Virus record (IMG/VR): IMGVR_UViG_3300022927_001696
Span: 1 to 64,000 of that record
Length of the DNA: 64,000 bases
Strand: one strand, 5' to 3'
DNA from: a virus
The notes beneath the pieces are model-generated. The model saw nothing but the letters and a program-made list of their open reading frames with translations, did no database searches and was not told the DNA's origin. Both the position numbers and the translations under genes were made by a program. Positions 38,801 through 47,986 of this stretch are shown piece after piece. Positions within the stretch are counted from its first letter, which is position 1. Each line of letters starts with the position of its first letter.

Positions 38801-41800
38801 CAAAACGATTTATCAAGGTATTTAGATTATACATTAGTACTTAAAAAGGCAAGTATTACAGATAATTTAGTGATTTGGACAAACCAAGAAATAGTTGATA
38901 AAAAATCTGCAATGATTAGAGATTTTGGTGCAGTATCAATGTTGCAAACAGATGTTGCGAACGTAACTCCTATTGATACATATGAGATAACAAATATTCA
39001 ACCTGCTTTTTCACAAGTAATTGAAGGGACAGCAACAGTAGGTGCAAACAGCACGGTTACAATCAGTTATAATCAGGGTGCACCTAAAAACGGAGACACA
39101 GTACGAATAGTTGATATTGCTGACAACAATCAAACATATAGTGCAAGTAATATAGCTCACAAAGATTACGGTAATGCAAATTTATCACCGGCACCCGGAG
39201 CAGTCTATAATAGTTATATAGAGGTAACAACAAATGCGGCAAATGTTGCTAACATTGTGCCTAATGTGACGCCTATTGTTTTAACATTTACAGCAAGTGA
39301 TTATGATGGTATAGAAGTTGAAGACGTTTTAGAAGAAGTATTTGTTGCGAGTAATGTAAATTATGCAACAGGCGTATTTGAAATTTACAGTGATTCTGCT
39401 GTGTTCCAATCCTATTTTGGAAATGTTGTTCATGATTCCAATATAGCAAATATAACCAGTAATATAACAAATATAAGTTATTCAATAGATGTTAAGAGTA
39501 ACATTCATAATCAACAGTATACAATAAGTAATGTAAATCCAAATACAAGTACATTTACAATTACTGATGCAAATGTAACGGCAAATGTTTCACCAGTTAT
39601 GGTTGAATATTTCAATAAATGTGAACTTACCGTATTGCCTATTATTGCAAATACAACATCATATATGCACAATTTAGTTGCAGGAGATGTAATTAAAGTA
39701 TTCTCACAAAATATCAGAGGGTACTATAACGTTCAAGATGCAACAGAAGAAACTATTATTATTAATGCACCTTATGATTCAAATATTGCAACAACAGGAA
39801 AAATTGTTACAAGAGGTGTAGATATACAAACAACCGAAAATCATAATTTAGATAAAAAGTATAAAGGCAAACGTGTTATGATACACAATGCTGATAATAG
39901 ATATTATAACCAGTTGTACAGAGTATTCAATGTTATTAATGACAATACAATAAGAAACACAGAAATATTTGCATACGAGCCAGGAAGAACCGAATTAGCA
40001 AATGCAATACTTACAACATTAGATCACGATGTTGTTAAGTTAAATAATACATCTATTAAAATAGACAACATATCCAGTGTTCCTGCTATTGCTGACAGTA
40101 TAAACAGAACGCAGGCTATTAAACGTGGGTTTACAACCAGTGATACATTTGGATTAAGTTTCCCAATGCTTACAAATGGTATAAACAATCTAGGATTTAA
40201 ACCTTTAGATTTTGCAGGTAGTATACCATATGTCACAAAATTTGATAGAGAGGCATTAGAAAATTTAACCATAGCAGGTGGGTTACCCATAGCAAAAAAT
40301 TTACCAACTGGATTTACTAAAGATAAAATAAAAGGAAATGAATTAGAGCCTAAGTATATAGAAGCAATGTCTAATAGAGATGGAGTTCCTAATCCGATGA
40401 CTTTTATAGAACCAATCGGGCAAGGTTCTAACTTACCATACAATCAACCAGTACAGAGTCCTATCAACAAAACTATTGATCCTTATGTAGCACCAATTGA
40501 TTATGGAGAGCCTAAGGATACAATTACAGAAGTTCCTGTTGTGAGAATAACAAGTAAAGGTGCTTCAAGACTAAAAGGTGTAGATAAAAATCCTAGATTA
40601 GGTAACAGGGAATCAGTTGTTTTGACAGCAAGTGTATTAGATACAGCACCAAAGAAAAAATGTGGTCCTGAGTGTTCAACAACAAGATACAGAGGAACAA
40701 GAAAAGAAGATATTAAAAATCCAGTAACATGCTATACTGGTGTTAATCTTACAAACTGGTCAGTGAACGGAACAGGTAAAGACGAAAGAAAATGGCAGTC
40801 ACAATACAGTGGATTTTATACCCCAACTAATTCTGCAGGTGGTAGTCATGGTAGTATTGGTTTCCAGAAACTTGGTATTGCTGGTGCAAAAACATGGAGT
40901 GATAACGGTTCTACAGAAAGTATCACAATGTCATTTACAAGTCAGACAAAAGGCACAATATACATACATGTATATCAAATAGGTAAAGGAAGTTACGATA
41001 CAACAAGAATAAGTGTTTCAGGAGGTTCACCTGATTTTAGCACTTTACCAGGTTATTATATTGGTAAGACTGAAAGAGCAGGTAGTGTATCACGAAATAT
41101 AATTAGACTTGATTTAGAAGAAGGCGACAATATCACAATAACTGGAACTGTTAAGGGAGGTAGTAATCACTGGCATGCATTAGAATTCCATTTATCCGCT
41201 CAAGAAGCCTCATTTAATACTTGTAGTCTTCCTCAAACAGACAATTCTGAAGAAGACTCTGGAACAGCAAATGCCCCATCTACTGGAACAGATACAGATA
41301 GAAAAATATTTGCTTATCATTATAAGGGTACTAGTATAGGATTCCCCTGGTGGTCTCAAGAAGAAAAAAGAAATCATTTTTATTCAGTTTCAAATGGCGG
41401 ACTAGGCACATTGTTATTTGAACACTGGGGCATAGCAGATGCCATAAATATTTTCCAAGGTAAAGACAAAGAAAGTTGTAGTAAGTTAATCGGGCAATCT
41501 AATTTAGATCAATTAAGAAAATTAACAAGTGAAGAAAAAGATCTACTTATGCATGGGGAATTATGGGGGACAAGTGGTACCAAAAATTTTGCTAAGACTC
41601 CATTTACAGGCGGTTTTAAACCTGAAAGTAAAATCACAAATAAAAGATACGGAGTAAGAGGTTCAGGTGCTTTAGACTTTAATATAAATGAAGAAGACGG
41701 AAAATTCTTGAGGATAGAAGTATACGGAAAAAGCACTTATCATCATGCATTACAACTACCAAATGTAATTCCAGATATAGAAAATCCAGGAGTAGATCCT

Positions 41801-44800
41801 AATCCAGTTGTAGGCTGTGGGGAGGAAACACCAATACCTGAAGATGCTAATTCAAGTGTTGTTGCAACACCTTCTGCAGGTGCTAAGACATCGATTATTA
41901 CTCCTGTGGGCAACCCAACAACCAAGAAACAATCAGGCGGTAATAGAAGAAGAGGCGGTGGCGGCGGACACACCAGATACGATCAGACTGCATATAAGTA
42001 TCATCATAACTTTGCAGGCTTTAACAGGCCGTCTATGGCAGGATTTAGTTTTATACCAAGTATATTTAGAAAATCTGTAAAACTCACGTATGCACCAGAC
42101 TATGGTGTTCCAGTTTCACTTGCTAGTGGTAGGTATGTAAATAATAATGTACAAAAAATCAGCGGTGGTTTCATATTACCATTAGCAAAAAGATTGACAT
42201 CTAATATTCCTTTAGATAGTGCACCATTAAGATCCTTAGACTCAAAAGAATTACCATTCTATAACATTTTAGATGCAAATCAAAGATCATTTGAAAGAGG
42301 CGGTATTTTCTATAACTTTGATCCTAGAAAAATTAGTTCAAGTATTAAATTATCTGATGGCACATTCGTAGATGTTTCTACAGGAACAACAATTACAGCA
42401 GGTGAAGACGGACAACTATTAGGATTAAATCTTGGTGAAACATTTAATTATGATAATCCATATGATGGTTCTAATCCATTTGGTCCACCGTCAGAAGACC
42501 CAGTTGACGTAATACCACCAGAAGAAATTTCTGAAGGTCCTGTACAACCTGATGAGTACAACGAAAATATGATTATTACTATTACACCTACAGACGGTGA
42601 CAATAATCCTGCAGGGCCCGAAGTTCCGGTGCCAATTTTTAGACCTACACCAGGATATACAATTGATTTAAATGGTATTAATTTGAATCCAGAAGATGAT
42701 TTCTTTATTAATGGAACTAGAATTGCTCCAAAAGGAAACAGTCAAGCAGATATTTTAAAATCTATAAATTGTGTAGCCGTAACAGGATTTGAAGCAAAAC
42801 CTATAGGCAAAGATAAAATAAGGATCAGTAGTTGTACCAATGCTCCACTTACAGTAAAAGAAGGTTGCTCAGGTGGTGTATACAAAGAAGTACTTGACTT
42901 CCATATTGTTAAATCATTTGTTAATTCTGAAGTAAGTAATACATCAGTACTAGCACCTGGTACAATATCTGGTAATACTAATCCTGTAAATAATTACACA
43001 CACTTAGATACTGATGGTGGTGTTATTGGAACATCCACATCAACAACATCAGGTGCAACAGGACAAGGTTATGTATTATCAAGTAAATCAGTAACCACAG
43101 GTGGTGACGGATATAGTGTTGGTGACAGACTTAGATTAATAGGTGGTACACCTATTACAGATCCGTTTGCAGGAATCAAAGAAATCTGTATTCCATTTGC
43201 AGGTGCCGGTTATAGTGCACCAGAAAATATTGTAATTACAATTGGAGATGGTACAACCCCAGGTAGAAATGCCACAGTTAAGGGTGTTGTATTTGATAAA
43301 AATAATGGTATTAAAAATGTACTTATAGATAATCCAGGAAGTGAATACGATGCAAATAGACCCCCAGTAGTAAATATAATTGATACAGGTTCTGCACAAT
43401 CACCTATAGTATGGGCAAGTAATATTTCAGTATCAACTAATGATTTAATTCAATACAACGTAAAGGGTGTAGAGTTTATTACAAATATTAGCTCAGCAGA
43501 TGCCGACAGAACACCAGGAACATACGATGTTGATACTTACAATTACAGTTTACAAGGTGGTAGAAAAGCAGAGTTTAGGATTACTATAGATGAAACAGGC
43601 GCCGCAACAGTAGATATTTTAGCACCTGGAATAGATTTCCCTCAAATTGCAGGTGGTACGTTTACTATTGATGCCGGCGATATAGGCGGCACAGGAAGTG
43701 ATTTAACTTTTGATCTCTTTAGTGTAGGAACTGTAGACATAAAATATTATCAAGCATACGGTAATTTTACAACCGGTAATACATTTGATACAAATAATTT
43801 AAGAGAAAGAAACTCTTGGACTGCGCCTGTTCCTGCTAAATTAGAAGCAGTAGTGGCAGAAAACGGAAGAATACCTCGTGTTGCTAAATTTGAAGTAACA
43901 AGTACAGACTACTTAGGAGGTATAACATCTCTAAGAATAATAGACAGAGGTATATACAAAGTCTTCCCAAGTGACTTAACAAATGGTTTACCTATAGAAT
44001 ACGATCACGTTAATTTAGGTGATGAAACCGGTACTGACGATGACGGAAACTTTACACAAGGTTCAGGTTTAGGTGAATTTGATCCTCAAACATTAATAGC
44101 TCTGGAATCACCTGGAGCATACGATCCTATATTAGGATTGACCGGAGGTGGTAGAGGTGCCAAAGTATTCTTAACTTCAAGAGAAATTCCAGACTGTAGT
44201 CAGAAAGGTGGAATGAAAGATGCTCTAGGCTTACCAGACTTAATAAACGATCTTAATCCTTTAGACGACTTAGCAAGTGCTATACAAGGAGCAATAGGCG
44301 ATTACGGTTACGATCCAGATGATTTAAACGTTGACGTTGATGATATAAATGATTATATAGGCAGACTGAAAATAAATGCACCTGGTTTCGAAGGCATTAA
44401 TATAGATGAGTTGACACCAGGATTATTAACAAAATTAGGTATACCGCCTGGAGATTATAATGTTGCATCACTTTGTATACAAGCAGTTGTAGAAACATCT
44501 GAAGCAGACGACAATCCGGTTGTAATTGATAAATTAACAGAATTTGCAGATAACTTAGGTTTAGGAATCAGTAAAGAAGGACCTGTAGAAGTGTTAAAAC
44601 TACTTTGTGTTGACACTATAGGTACAGGCCCAGGCTCACAGACACCTGGTCTTACAGATGACAATAATGTTAATATACCGGGTGCTTCATCTAATATAAA
44701 TGGTGACGGTTCAAACGGGCAAGACAGAAATAGTATTTTTGGAGACGGTAAAGTTACATTTGCAAAAGACTTATATCAATATGAATTAAGAACAGTAACA

Positions 44801-47800
44801 GGTAAACCTGTAAATTTATTAGGTTCCGAAATAAGTCAGGAAACTGAAGTATTATATTTAGAAAGTCAAAGATACGATACAGAAACTGCATTAGTTTCTG
44901 CAAATAATATAAACATTTCTAACAATATAAACACATTTGGTAATGTATGGATAGACGACTATCAAGGAAATGGTTGGGCATATTTAGAAAACGGCGATAT
45001 AATTCTACAACAAGAAGATATGGTTGATCCTAAATTTATAAACAACTCATTATTATATGATTCAGAAACAGGAAATAAAAAATATGACTTAGATCTGTGG
45101 GACCCATTTAAAGGTGTATTACCGGGCTTTATAGATAAAGAAATTGATTTTATAAGTGAAAATGATCCTGTAGTTTATACATCTTCCAGAAGTAAATTTG
45201 ATGACAATTATGTTGGTAAGGTCTGGTGGGATACAAGTACACTAAGATATAATTGGTACGAACAAGGTACTAATAGACAAAGGTGGCTAAATTGGGGTAG
45301 CACGTTTCCTGGTAGTGTTATATCATTATATGAATGGGTTAAGAGTGATGTACCACCAACAGGCTTTGCTGGAGAAGGAACACCTAAATCTACAGACGGT
45401 TATATAGAAAGAAAAGAAAGAAACCCTGTAACAAATATTCTACAACCTGTATATTACTACTGGGTAAGAAATTTAAAAGTTTTAAGTGATGAAGTTGCAA
45501 ATAGATTAGGAAGAAATTACGATACATACACTCTAGCAACATATATTTCAGACCCAATAAATTACGGTTTAAATTTAATTAGTTTTATAAGTGATAATTC
45601 ATTTGTTGCAAGTAACTTGTCACAAATAATAGATGATGAAGGAGATCATTTACAGATTAATTTCAGTAGAAGTTTAAATAACGATGGTAAAAAACATGCC
45701 TCATGGGCATTAACTAGAGAAGGCGACAATAATAGTATTATACCAGAAGATCACAGTAGAAAATTAATAGATAGTATTTGTGAAAAAGATTCTGCAGGAA
45801 ATATTGTACCGGACCCATTATTAAGTAAAGTACAAAAATATGGTATAAACTTTAGACCAAGACAAACAATGTTTAAAAATGCTAAGGAAAGCAGAAGAGA
45901 ACTTGTAAAATATTTAAACAATCTATTTGCTGGATTGAAATTAAATACAGAATATTCGAATTGGGATTCAACATTACCTGTAGAAAGAAAATATATTAAA
46001 ACTGTTGATTGGTTTGAAACTAAAGGACGAGATAATGTTTCTAAACAACCTATTTATTTCGATGAAACATTTAAACCAATTTACAAAGTTAATAGTACAG
46101 CAGAACTCTTTACATTAAATAATATAGATGACGGTACAGTTGTTCAAGTACAAGGTAGTGCTTCTGAAAGAGCAAAATTATACATTTACGATGGCATTAG
46201 TAAGACATTTGGATTAATATCAATAAAAGCAGAAACAATACAAATAGATTCTTCTGCATATACCGATGATATAAACGACCAATTAGCAAATGAGTTACGT
46301 TTATTATTGCAATTATTAAAAGACAATGTTTTAAAAGAAAAAGTTATTTGGAATAATTTATTCTTTACAATGTTAAACTATGCAATGGTAGAACAACCAC
46401 AACTTGATTGGGCATTTAAAACAAGTTATGTATATGTCGAAAAAGAAGAAGAAGACCTTAAAGAATTTAAAGGATTTAAACCTGATAACTTTGAAAAAGT
46501 TATAGAATATATGAATGAGGTAAAACCGTTTACAGCAAAAATCAGAGAATATAAAGACGGCAAGTCTACACCAATAGAATATATTAAAGATCAAATGATA
46601 AGTGATTTTGATAAACCGCCTTATGTAGATTTTGTAAATGGAACTGTAAGAATTTTAGATGAAAATAATGCAGACGATGTAACAATTTTAAGTACAGATA
46701 CACAATATACAAAATACAATTCAATTTCTAATAAAGGCAGTAGCCCGATTAGACAAGGCAATACGACTATTGTATTTGATAGAACAAACTGGAAACCCAC
46801 ACAATTTGAGTGGCAACCCTCAGTAGAATCCGCCAATTTAAGCATTGCCAAAAACTTAGCATGGTTGAGTTCAAGTTCAAATACAATAGTTTCAGCCAAC
46901 ACAAATGTAAGGGCAGTTGATAGATTATTTAAATATGATAGTGGTATACAATCATCATTTAGTACAGGAATGCAAAATTATTTAACAACAGAGTTAAGTT
47001 ATTCTAGTGATGACGCAAGTAATATTGCAAATATAAATTTACAAAATAATATATTTAATGCTATAGAAACAGGATATCTTGATAGTACATTATCAGATCT
47101 TAAACTTAAAGTTGGAGGCAATTTTAAAGGTGAAATATTAGATGCAAATGTATTTACAAAGGTAGTTCCTGGCTCCGATGGCACCTCAGATTTGCAGACA
47201 ACTTTTGCATATGATACATTAACATATGATTCTGATAGTTTAGATATAAATGCTGATGTTGTAAATTACTCAGGAACTTTCGATGATAGTGAAGTAGATT
47301 TCAGAAGATTTGATGCTACATATCAAGGTTTTGACGGCGTGACATTTAATAAAATGTTATATGGTGAAGAAAGACCGGAAGAATTGATTTCAATAGACCC
47401 ACTAGAGAATTTTATAATTACAGTTACAACAAGTGGGTATGAAAACGGTGATGCAACTGGTAATCTAATTACTGCAAATGCAAGTACAGTAATATATAGA
47501 ACACACAAAGACATGTTTGGTGGCGCAGAATTTATTAGAGTTAATTTATCAAATGCTACTACTTTATCAGCAAATGTTGATGTAAAAGATGATGTTATAA
47601 GTGTTGTTGATGCTTCGATATTACCAAAACCTAGAGAAAATACACCAGGTGTTATTTGGATTGAATCAGAAAGAATTGAATACAAATCTAGAGATACTGT
47701 TAATAATATAATAACTGAATTGACGAGAGGAACAAGAGGAACTACACCACAAAGTTGGATCATAACAGATGAGTCTGGTGCAAGTATTACAAGAAACGTA

Positions 47801-47953
47801 TATGATGGTAGCGAAGATCAAACATTTACAAATTTAGTACAAGAACCAGAAAAAGGAATATGGTTAGACAGTGGTGCAATAAGTTTATCTGATAAGGCAA
47901 ATTCAGACATAGGAAATATATCAAGCATCATGAACTTCCTTCACAATAATTAA
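29876..47953 (+). CDS. Giant 6025-aa baseplate / virion structural protein (gp7-like position) with YHYH, CBM-like and GxGY repeat modules
   Basis: Uninterrupted ORF coupled to gp6; DIDKFVNYQEYYW, YYDTVRPHTHPWEMLGF, VWWDTS, YMNEVKPFTAKIREY, RGTRGT motifs. Confidence 0.8.
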   Translation: MADKLYKKLPGILQTDATKNFFESTVEQLFSKANVEVINGYVGLQKSEDFDVTSEFLRESTATRQHYALSPAVNTLNANTNASENLIFYDEFLDTLKISGTGTNNQNRLFSTDYSSFLPPIDIDKFVNYQEYYWSYDQLPAIRISGTVDNPIDIDVDIIGKKSFTSANGVTLKSGMRIIFDGGYVIPDTKTTAEYFVEGVGESIRLIDTNENVETPFSTATLTAWDSTAFTSNDSNVAYTAGNISSVSVLHGGIGYINPVVNFIGANTSVASATANVDSNGTITDVTVTNTGANYSAPISIQISSDSITTSLNSGNTFVTFLNESISQIAPYKTISVDSTNDVFAGQQFSLNGETRTIETVNNASIIAIENITNQYDSSRTPGSYIVNGTGGSGSGQEFIVDVVGPNADGIVEVGNITLSNTSLTGTYPIDFRSANSFIAGNITTSGTGANAYLSVTLDGSGGADIEIVKGGDGFVENDTITISDNILGGDGSGNLELVVTDAVTVGDTFISLSKNGSGFIVGETITISDSDLGGGGANNITFDIARIGDTLTIDEEIYLDGTSNGNIQFIANGFQASIQTSMFTLTSDANGSVITGVSSMALAGVNPTTGEFYLSGSPDFGENFGWDIDTDSSLPGGDAEGDIPWGGRTTQDNPDYNVVGRGASNKNIWSRVNFWHHADNFKEAGVDLPGAEYRAKRPIIEFDYSLEMFNTGNLSVGVVNIVSNEFNKDDIDGTISSDTVDNSPLSIGSTIIFPNDEDNKKYIFKIAHVGGNISLSKIGDPISNPADTEEGDVGFIPFEFKEGMQVSIKSGALGRGLEYHFKDNNLILAQSKLKLHQAPLFNLYNDEGKYLGDELLFKDNTFIGSKIFNYKVGTGTDDSVLNFPLSYKPFTNSAEIEFQNFLETDRTNYIPVGSTSETEILGYYYFKSQNGYSNNWKMSDSKSMQDIKTFYHINTFNIKDKNTKYYIGCEPNINSNKSSGYDITVLKNGSEIKDYTYVGKGFIEFNTFNFIAKDIIEIIAKSDSGLLNERSISKYTIPLNWSRNPDKENITFISEPEYLGHFTNLIKGQENFTGKELEANNFKDTAKNSKFATDIVNVEEDLRLGAFLLDDQPHNLLEAIRFSEREYTKYKNRLRSEVTKYYNSFDVNEFTNEYILNQVLRNVLSLNVGNNTFQQTYIVPFGDNYIEESFIINDVSLRSFTMTAYEDLKKLENSLLVYKARGNTHTLLTINEEFTLDSYNPIKITLNANLDIELGDIIYLKLYNKDRDSAQCPPTPSAMGLYPLTLPVIEKDYSFKEEISVLVGHDGSRSTLFGDARDDIILEFEKRIYNSAIEELIDANSLPSLNIFNVRAGAFRKTNFSNSEWFDLLSNNFSNWVKDNNVDPVINETYNSSDSWTWNFRGSQDIPGYWKGWYEYYYDTVRPHTHPWEMLGFTEKPSWWEDEYGTDYTSTNTALWDDLELGIIRKGPRANFVDNSYLDLPNNPCARIGLHEVIPVDGNGNLISPYDIISTGSTTLKTVWTNAFVSNTFPGNTFINNDGSLNNGVSVSTDASNIYISSNALVNHDINLTTNNVGHNELEEQIISYNVPFTSISGINSVTSNPTSMPEYAIGVLVNGLPLYNVASENSFDNGNTWHYNKLLSEHSDLELGHTDEKGLLHYYKPSPQILGLDEWSTDEHSPIVGWSFDGIPIYGPYGYTEYEANGDIKDNTITNIKSCFRLRLGDRISTPKGSYSGYFVEDYEYDSSKEGIPGHTGSTSSGSYGKYNLRYGITPDSNGTPIQFYVATQDDNGEPMFPYAIGGGTKTHSGGNLVYANKYYGTPQDIANNTLSKGYENTSASEIVRTIKTIDKSSTDKINDSWMLGDGAPVENAWKYSSSYPFAITTALLLAKPGRFATVFADPINVVSTNIEKKRLIHKNTRRSWNFKDSTDFIIHGSRDTNGNFVSNVGYTQFIKSYLNYQGLEIQDNFITPLKTLNIKLAHRMSGFIDKDTSTIRTDQYSITGSARTLIIPSENISINVHDSAYKSRNSYTGVIIEKTTNGYKVRGYDRSFSYFTILESDKNGRKQSIERGGKPADYVNWSTNQSFNINTIVKYLNSYYIAKEKIPASSSFDKSLWSRLPSLPQIGGAKGVYYNDTTGFTRRVNYDTEYTKVEDLFDFLVSLGRYQKSLGYSFGEYDTTINDVRDWAYAAEQFLFWTTGGWEIGNTLELSPMASNVIFENSNEFVAKINKTDKNQFTLLDQDGISISPEECSILRENNRIEITPPQGRQIYSAVLFTKQIEHALILDNLTDFNDTIYNPLLNQRQDRIFIKGKRTLGWTGRFSSEGYIIDNDELQPNLDNATSTMGDYHTLGFIPVDKDVYVASRSLFGFEERSYLTDLDILDDDQFEFYKGMLQSKGTEQSLSQIGRSSSIVQGNITVYSEWALKTGEFGDTDNEQSLELKIDKHEIVQDPQLFKLEFPEDVTGIIKDIVITENKHKYFTVPSLEISAPTKEPKEQATGLVTLDSDGLISSATITNQGSGYESQNAVAKVLAGNINISDTSTTFNVVIAQSSALFGNANVVGISDIEITDHFGNGLATNIDLSSANTVIDVVSAINSNSITNANVVASSVESFDANSNTNFYVLQITGNDFTLGGSGLANLNISADRYQPKQRYAIDIAGNTSAGTGATVKSDILVYVDNTLVSDTNYDYDAGDRWQFTTSSIITSGNYVQNILNPGSENSSSAFASENIVQVDGKYPFVDVYVNGTKLINDTNQTQYTVANTTAITFPDVTNLPGGKLDTNANVYIVERATIDFVDAYQGDIPGKTLQIKVQTNDGIAFTYGEKKLYTITPDIENDEIITIDIDDNERFLKKPTGARNNKLWPTTDKVNYSGVTDSDYRTLPNAGYVLRNNVDYQAYGVTDIADLFDVDRLYKPSKDNLIHVASSENKDWNVYKLRQPANSQISFVEQESIDDTAYLYSTSNLFDYIDSNQLQQNDLSRYLDYTLVLKKASITDNLVIWTNQEIVDKKSAMIRDFGAVSMLQTDVANVTPIDTYEITNIQPAFSQVIEGTATVGANSTVTISYNQGAPKNGDTVRIVDIADNNQTYSASNIAHKDYGNANLSPAPGAVYNSYIEVTTNAANVANIVPNVTPIVLTFTASDYDGIEVEDVLEEVFVASNVNYATGVFEIYSDSAVFQSYFGNVVHDSNIANITSNITNISYSIDVKSNIHNQQYTISNVNPNTSTFTITDANVTANVSPVMVEYFNKCELTVLPIIANTTSYMHNLVAGDVIKVFSQNIRGYYNVQDATEETIIINAPYDSNIATTGKIVTRGVDIQTTENHNLDKKYKGKRVMIHNADNRYYNQLYRVFNVINDNTIRNTEIFAYEPGRTELANAILTTLDHDVVKLNNTSIKIDNISSVPAIADSINRTQAIKRGFTTSDTFGLSFPMLTNGINNLGFKPLDFAGSIPYVTKFDREALENLTIAGGLPIAKNLPTGFTKDKIKGNELEPKYIEAMSNRDGVPNPMTFIEPIGQGSNLPYNQPVQSPINKTIDPYVAPIDYGEPKDTITEVPVVRITSKGASRLKGVDKNPRLGNRESVVLTASVLDTAPKKKCGPECSTTRYRGTRKEDIKNPVTCYTGVNLTNWSVNGTGKDERKWQSQYSGFYTPTNSAGGSHGSIGFQKLGIAGAKTWSDNGSTESITMSFTSQTKGTIYIHVYQIGKGSYDTTRISVSGGSPDFSTLPGYYIGKTERAGSVSRNIIRLDLEEGDNITITGTVKGGSNHWHALEFHLSAQEASFNTCSLPQTDNSEEDSGTANAPSTGTDTDRKIFAYHYKGTSIGFPWWSQEEKRNHFYSVSNGGLGTLLFEHWGIADAINIFQGKDKESCSKLIGQSNLDQLRKLTSEEKDLLMHGELWGTSGTKNFAKTPFTGGFKPESKITNKRYGVRGSGALDFNINEEDGKFLRIEVYGKSTYHHALQLPNVIPDIENPGVDPNPVVGCGEETPIPEDANSSVVATPSAGAKTSIITPVGNPTTKKQSGGNRRRGGGGGHTRYDQTAYKYHHNFAGFNRPSMAGFSFIPSIFRKSVKLTYAPDYGVPVSLASGRYVNNNVQKISGGFILPLAKRLTSNIPLDSAPLRSLDSKELPFYNILDANQRSFERGGIFYNFDPRKISSSIKLSDGTFVDVSTGTTITAGEDGQLLGLNLGETFNYDNPYDGSNPFGPPSEDPVDVIPPEEISEGPVQPDEYNENMIITITPTDGDNNPAGPEVPVPIFRPTPGYTIDLNGINLNPEDDFFINGTRIAPKGNSQADILKSINCVAVTGFEAKPIGKDKIRISSCTNAPLTVKEGCSGGVYKEVLDFHIVKSFVNSEVSNTSVLAPGTISGNTNPVNNYTHLDTDGGVIGTSTSTTSGATGQGYVLSSKSVTTGGDGYSVGDRLRLIGGTPITDPFAGIKEICIPFAGAGYSAPENIVITIGDGTTPGRNATVKGVVFDKNNGIKNVLIDNPGSEYDANRPPVVNIIDTGSAQSPIVWASNISVSTNDLIQYNVKGVEFITNISSADADRTPGTYDVDTYNYSLQGGRKAEFRITIDETGAATVDILAPGIDFPQIAGGTFTIDAGDIGGTGSDLTFDLFSVGTVDIKYYQAYGNFTTGNTFDTNNLRERNSWTAPVPAKLEAVVAENGRIPRVAKFEVTSTDYLGGITSLRIIDRGIYKVFPSDLTNGLPIEYDHVNLGDETGTDDDGNFTQGSGLGEFDPQTLIALESPGAYDPILGLTGGGRGAKVFLTSREIPDCSQKGGMKDALGLPDLINDLNPLDDLASAIQGAIGDYGYDPDDLNVDVDDINDYIGRLKINAPGFEGINIDELTPGLLTKLGIPPGDYNVASLCIQAVVETSEADDNPVVIDKLTEFADNLGLGISKEGPVEVLKLLCVDTIGTGPGSQTPGLTDDNNVNIPGASSNINGDGSNGQDRNSIFGDGKVTFAKDLYQYELRTVTGKPVNLLGSEISQETEVLYLESQRYDTETALVSANNINISNNINTFGNVWIDDYQGNGWAYLENGDIILQQEDMVDPKFINNSLLYDSETGNKKYDLDLWDPFKGVLPGFIDKEIDFISENDPVVYTSSRSKFDDNYVGKVWWDTSTLRYNWYEQGTNRQRWLNWGSTFPGSVISLYEWVKSDVPPTGFAGEGTPKSTDGYIERKERNPVTNILQPVYYYWVRNLKVLSDEVANRLGRNYDTYTLATYISDPINYGLNLISFISDNSFVASNLSQIIDDEGDHLQINFSRSLNNDGKKHASWALTREGDNNSIIPEDHSRKLIDSICEKDSAGNIVPDPLLSKVQKYGINFRPRQTMFKNAKESRRELVKYLNNLFAGLKLNTEYSNWDSTLPVERKYIKTVDWFETKGRDNVSKQPIYFDETFKPIYKVNSTAELFTLNNIDDGTVVQVQGSASERAKLYIYDGISKTFGLISIKAETIQIDSSAYTDDINDQLANELRLLLQLLKDNVLKEKVIWNNLFFTMLNYAMVEQPQLDWAFKTSYVYVEKEEEDLKEFKGFKPDNFEKVIEYMNEVKPFTAKIREYKDGKSTPIEYIKDQMISDFDKPPYVDFVNGTVRILDENNADDVTILSTDTQYTKYNSISNKGSSPIRQGNTTIVFDRTNWKPTQFEWQPSVESANLSIAKNLAWLSSSSNTIVSANTNVRAVDRLFKYDSGIQSSFSTGMQNYLTTELSYSSDDASNIANINLQNNIFNAIETGYLDSTLSDLKLKVGGNFKGEILDANVFTKVVPGSDGTSDLQTTFAYDTLTYDSDSLDINADVVNYSGTFDDSEVDFRRFDATYQGFDGVTFNKMLYGEERPEELISIDPLENFIITVTTSGYENGDATGNLITANASTVIYRTHKDMFGGAEFIRVNLSNATTLSANVDVKDDVISVVDASILPKPRENTPGVIWIESERIEYKSRDTVNNIITELTRGTRGTTPQSWIITDESGASITRNVYDGSEDQTFTNLVQEPEKGIWLDSGAISLSDKANSDIGNISSIMNFLHNN

Positions 47954-47973
47954 TAATATGTTTTTTGAAATAT

Positions 47974-47981
47974 GATAAATA
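47974..47981 (+). promoter_or_regulatory. Putative late promoter GATAAATA, 5 nt before ATG 47987
   Basis: GATAAATA-GTTAC-ATG. Confidence 0.55.
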
Positions 47982-47986
47982 GTTAC

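Noticed and set aside
29876-47953. Intein as the explanation for the giant protein
   Set aside because: No convincing intein N-terminal block, HN-(C/S/T) junction or LAGLIDADG motif was recognised.
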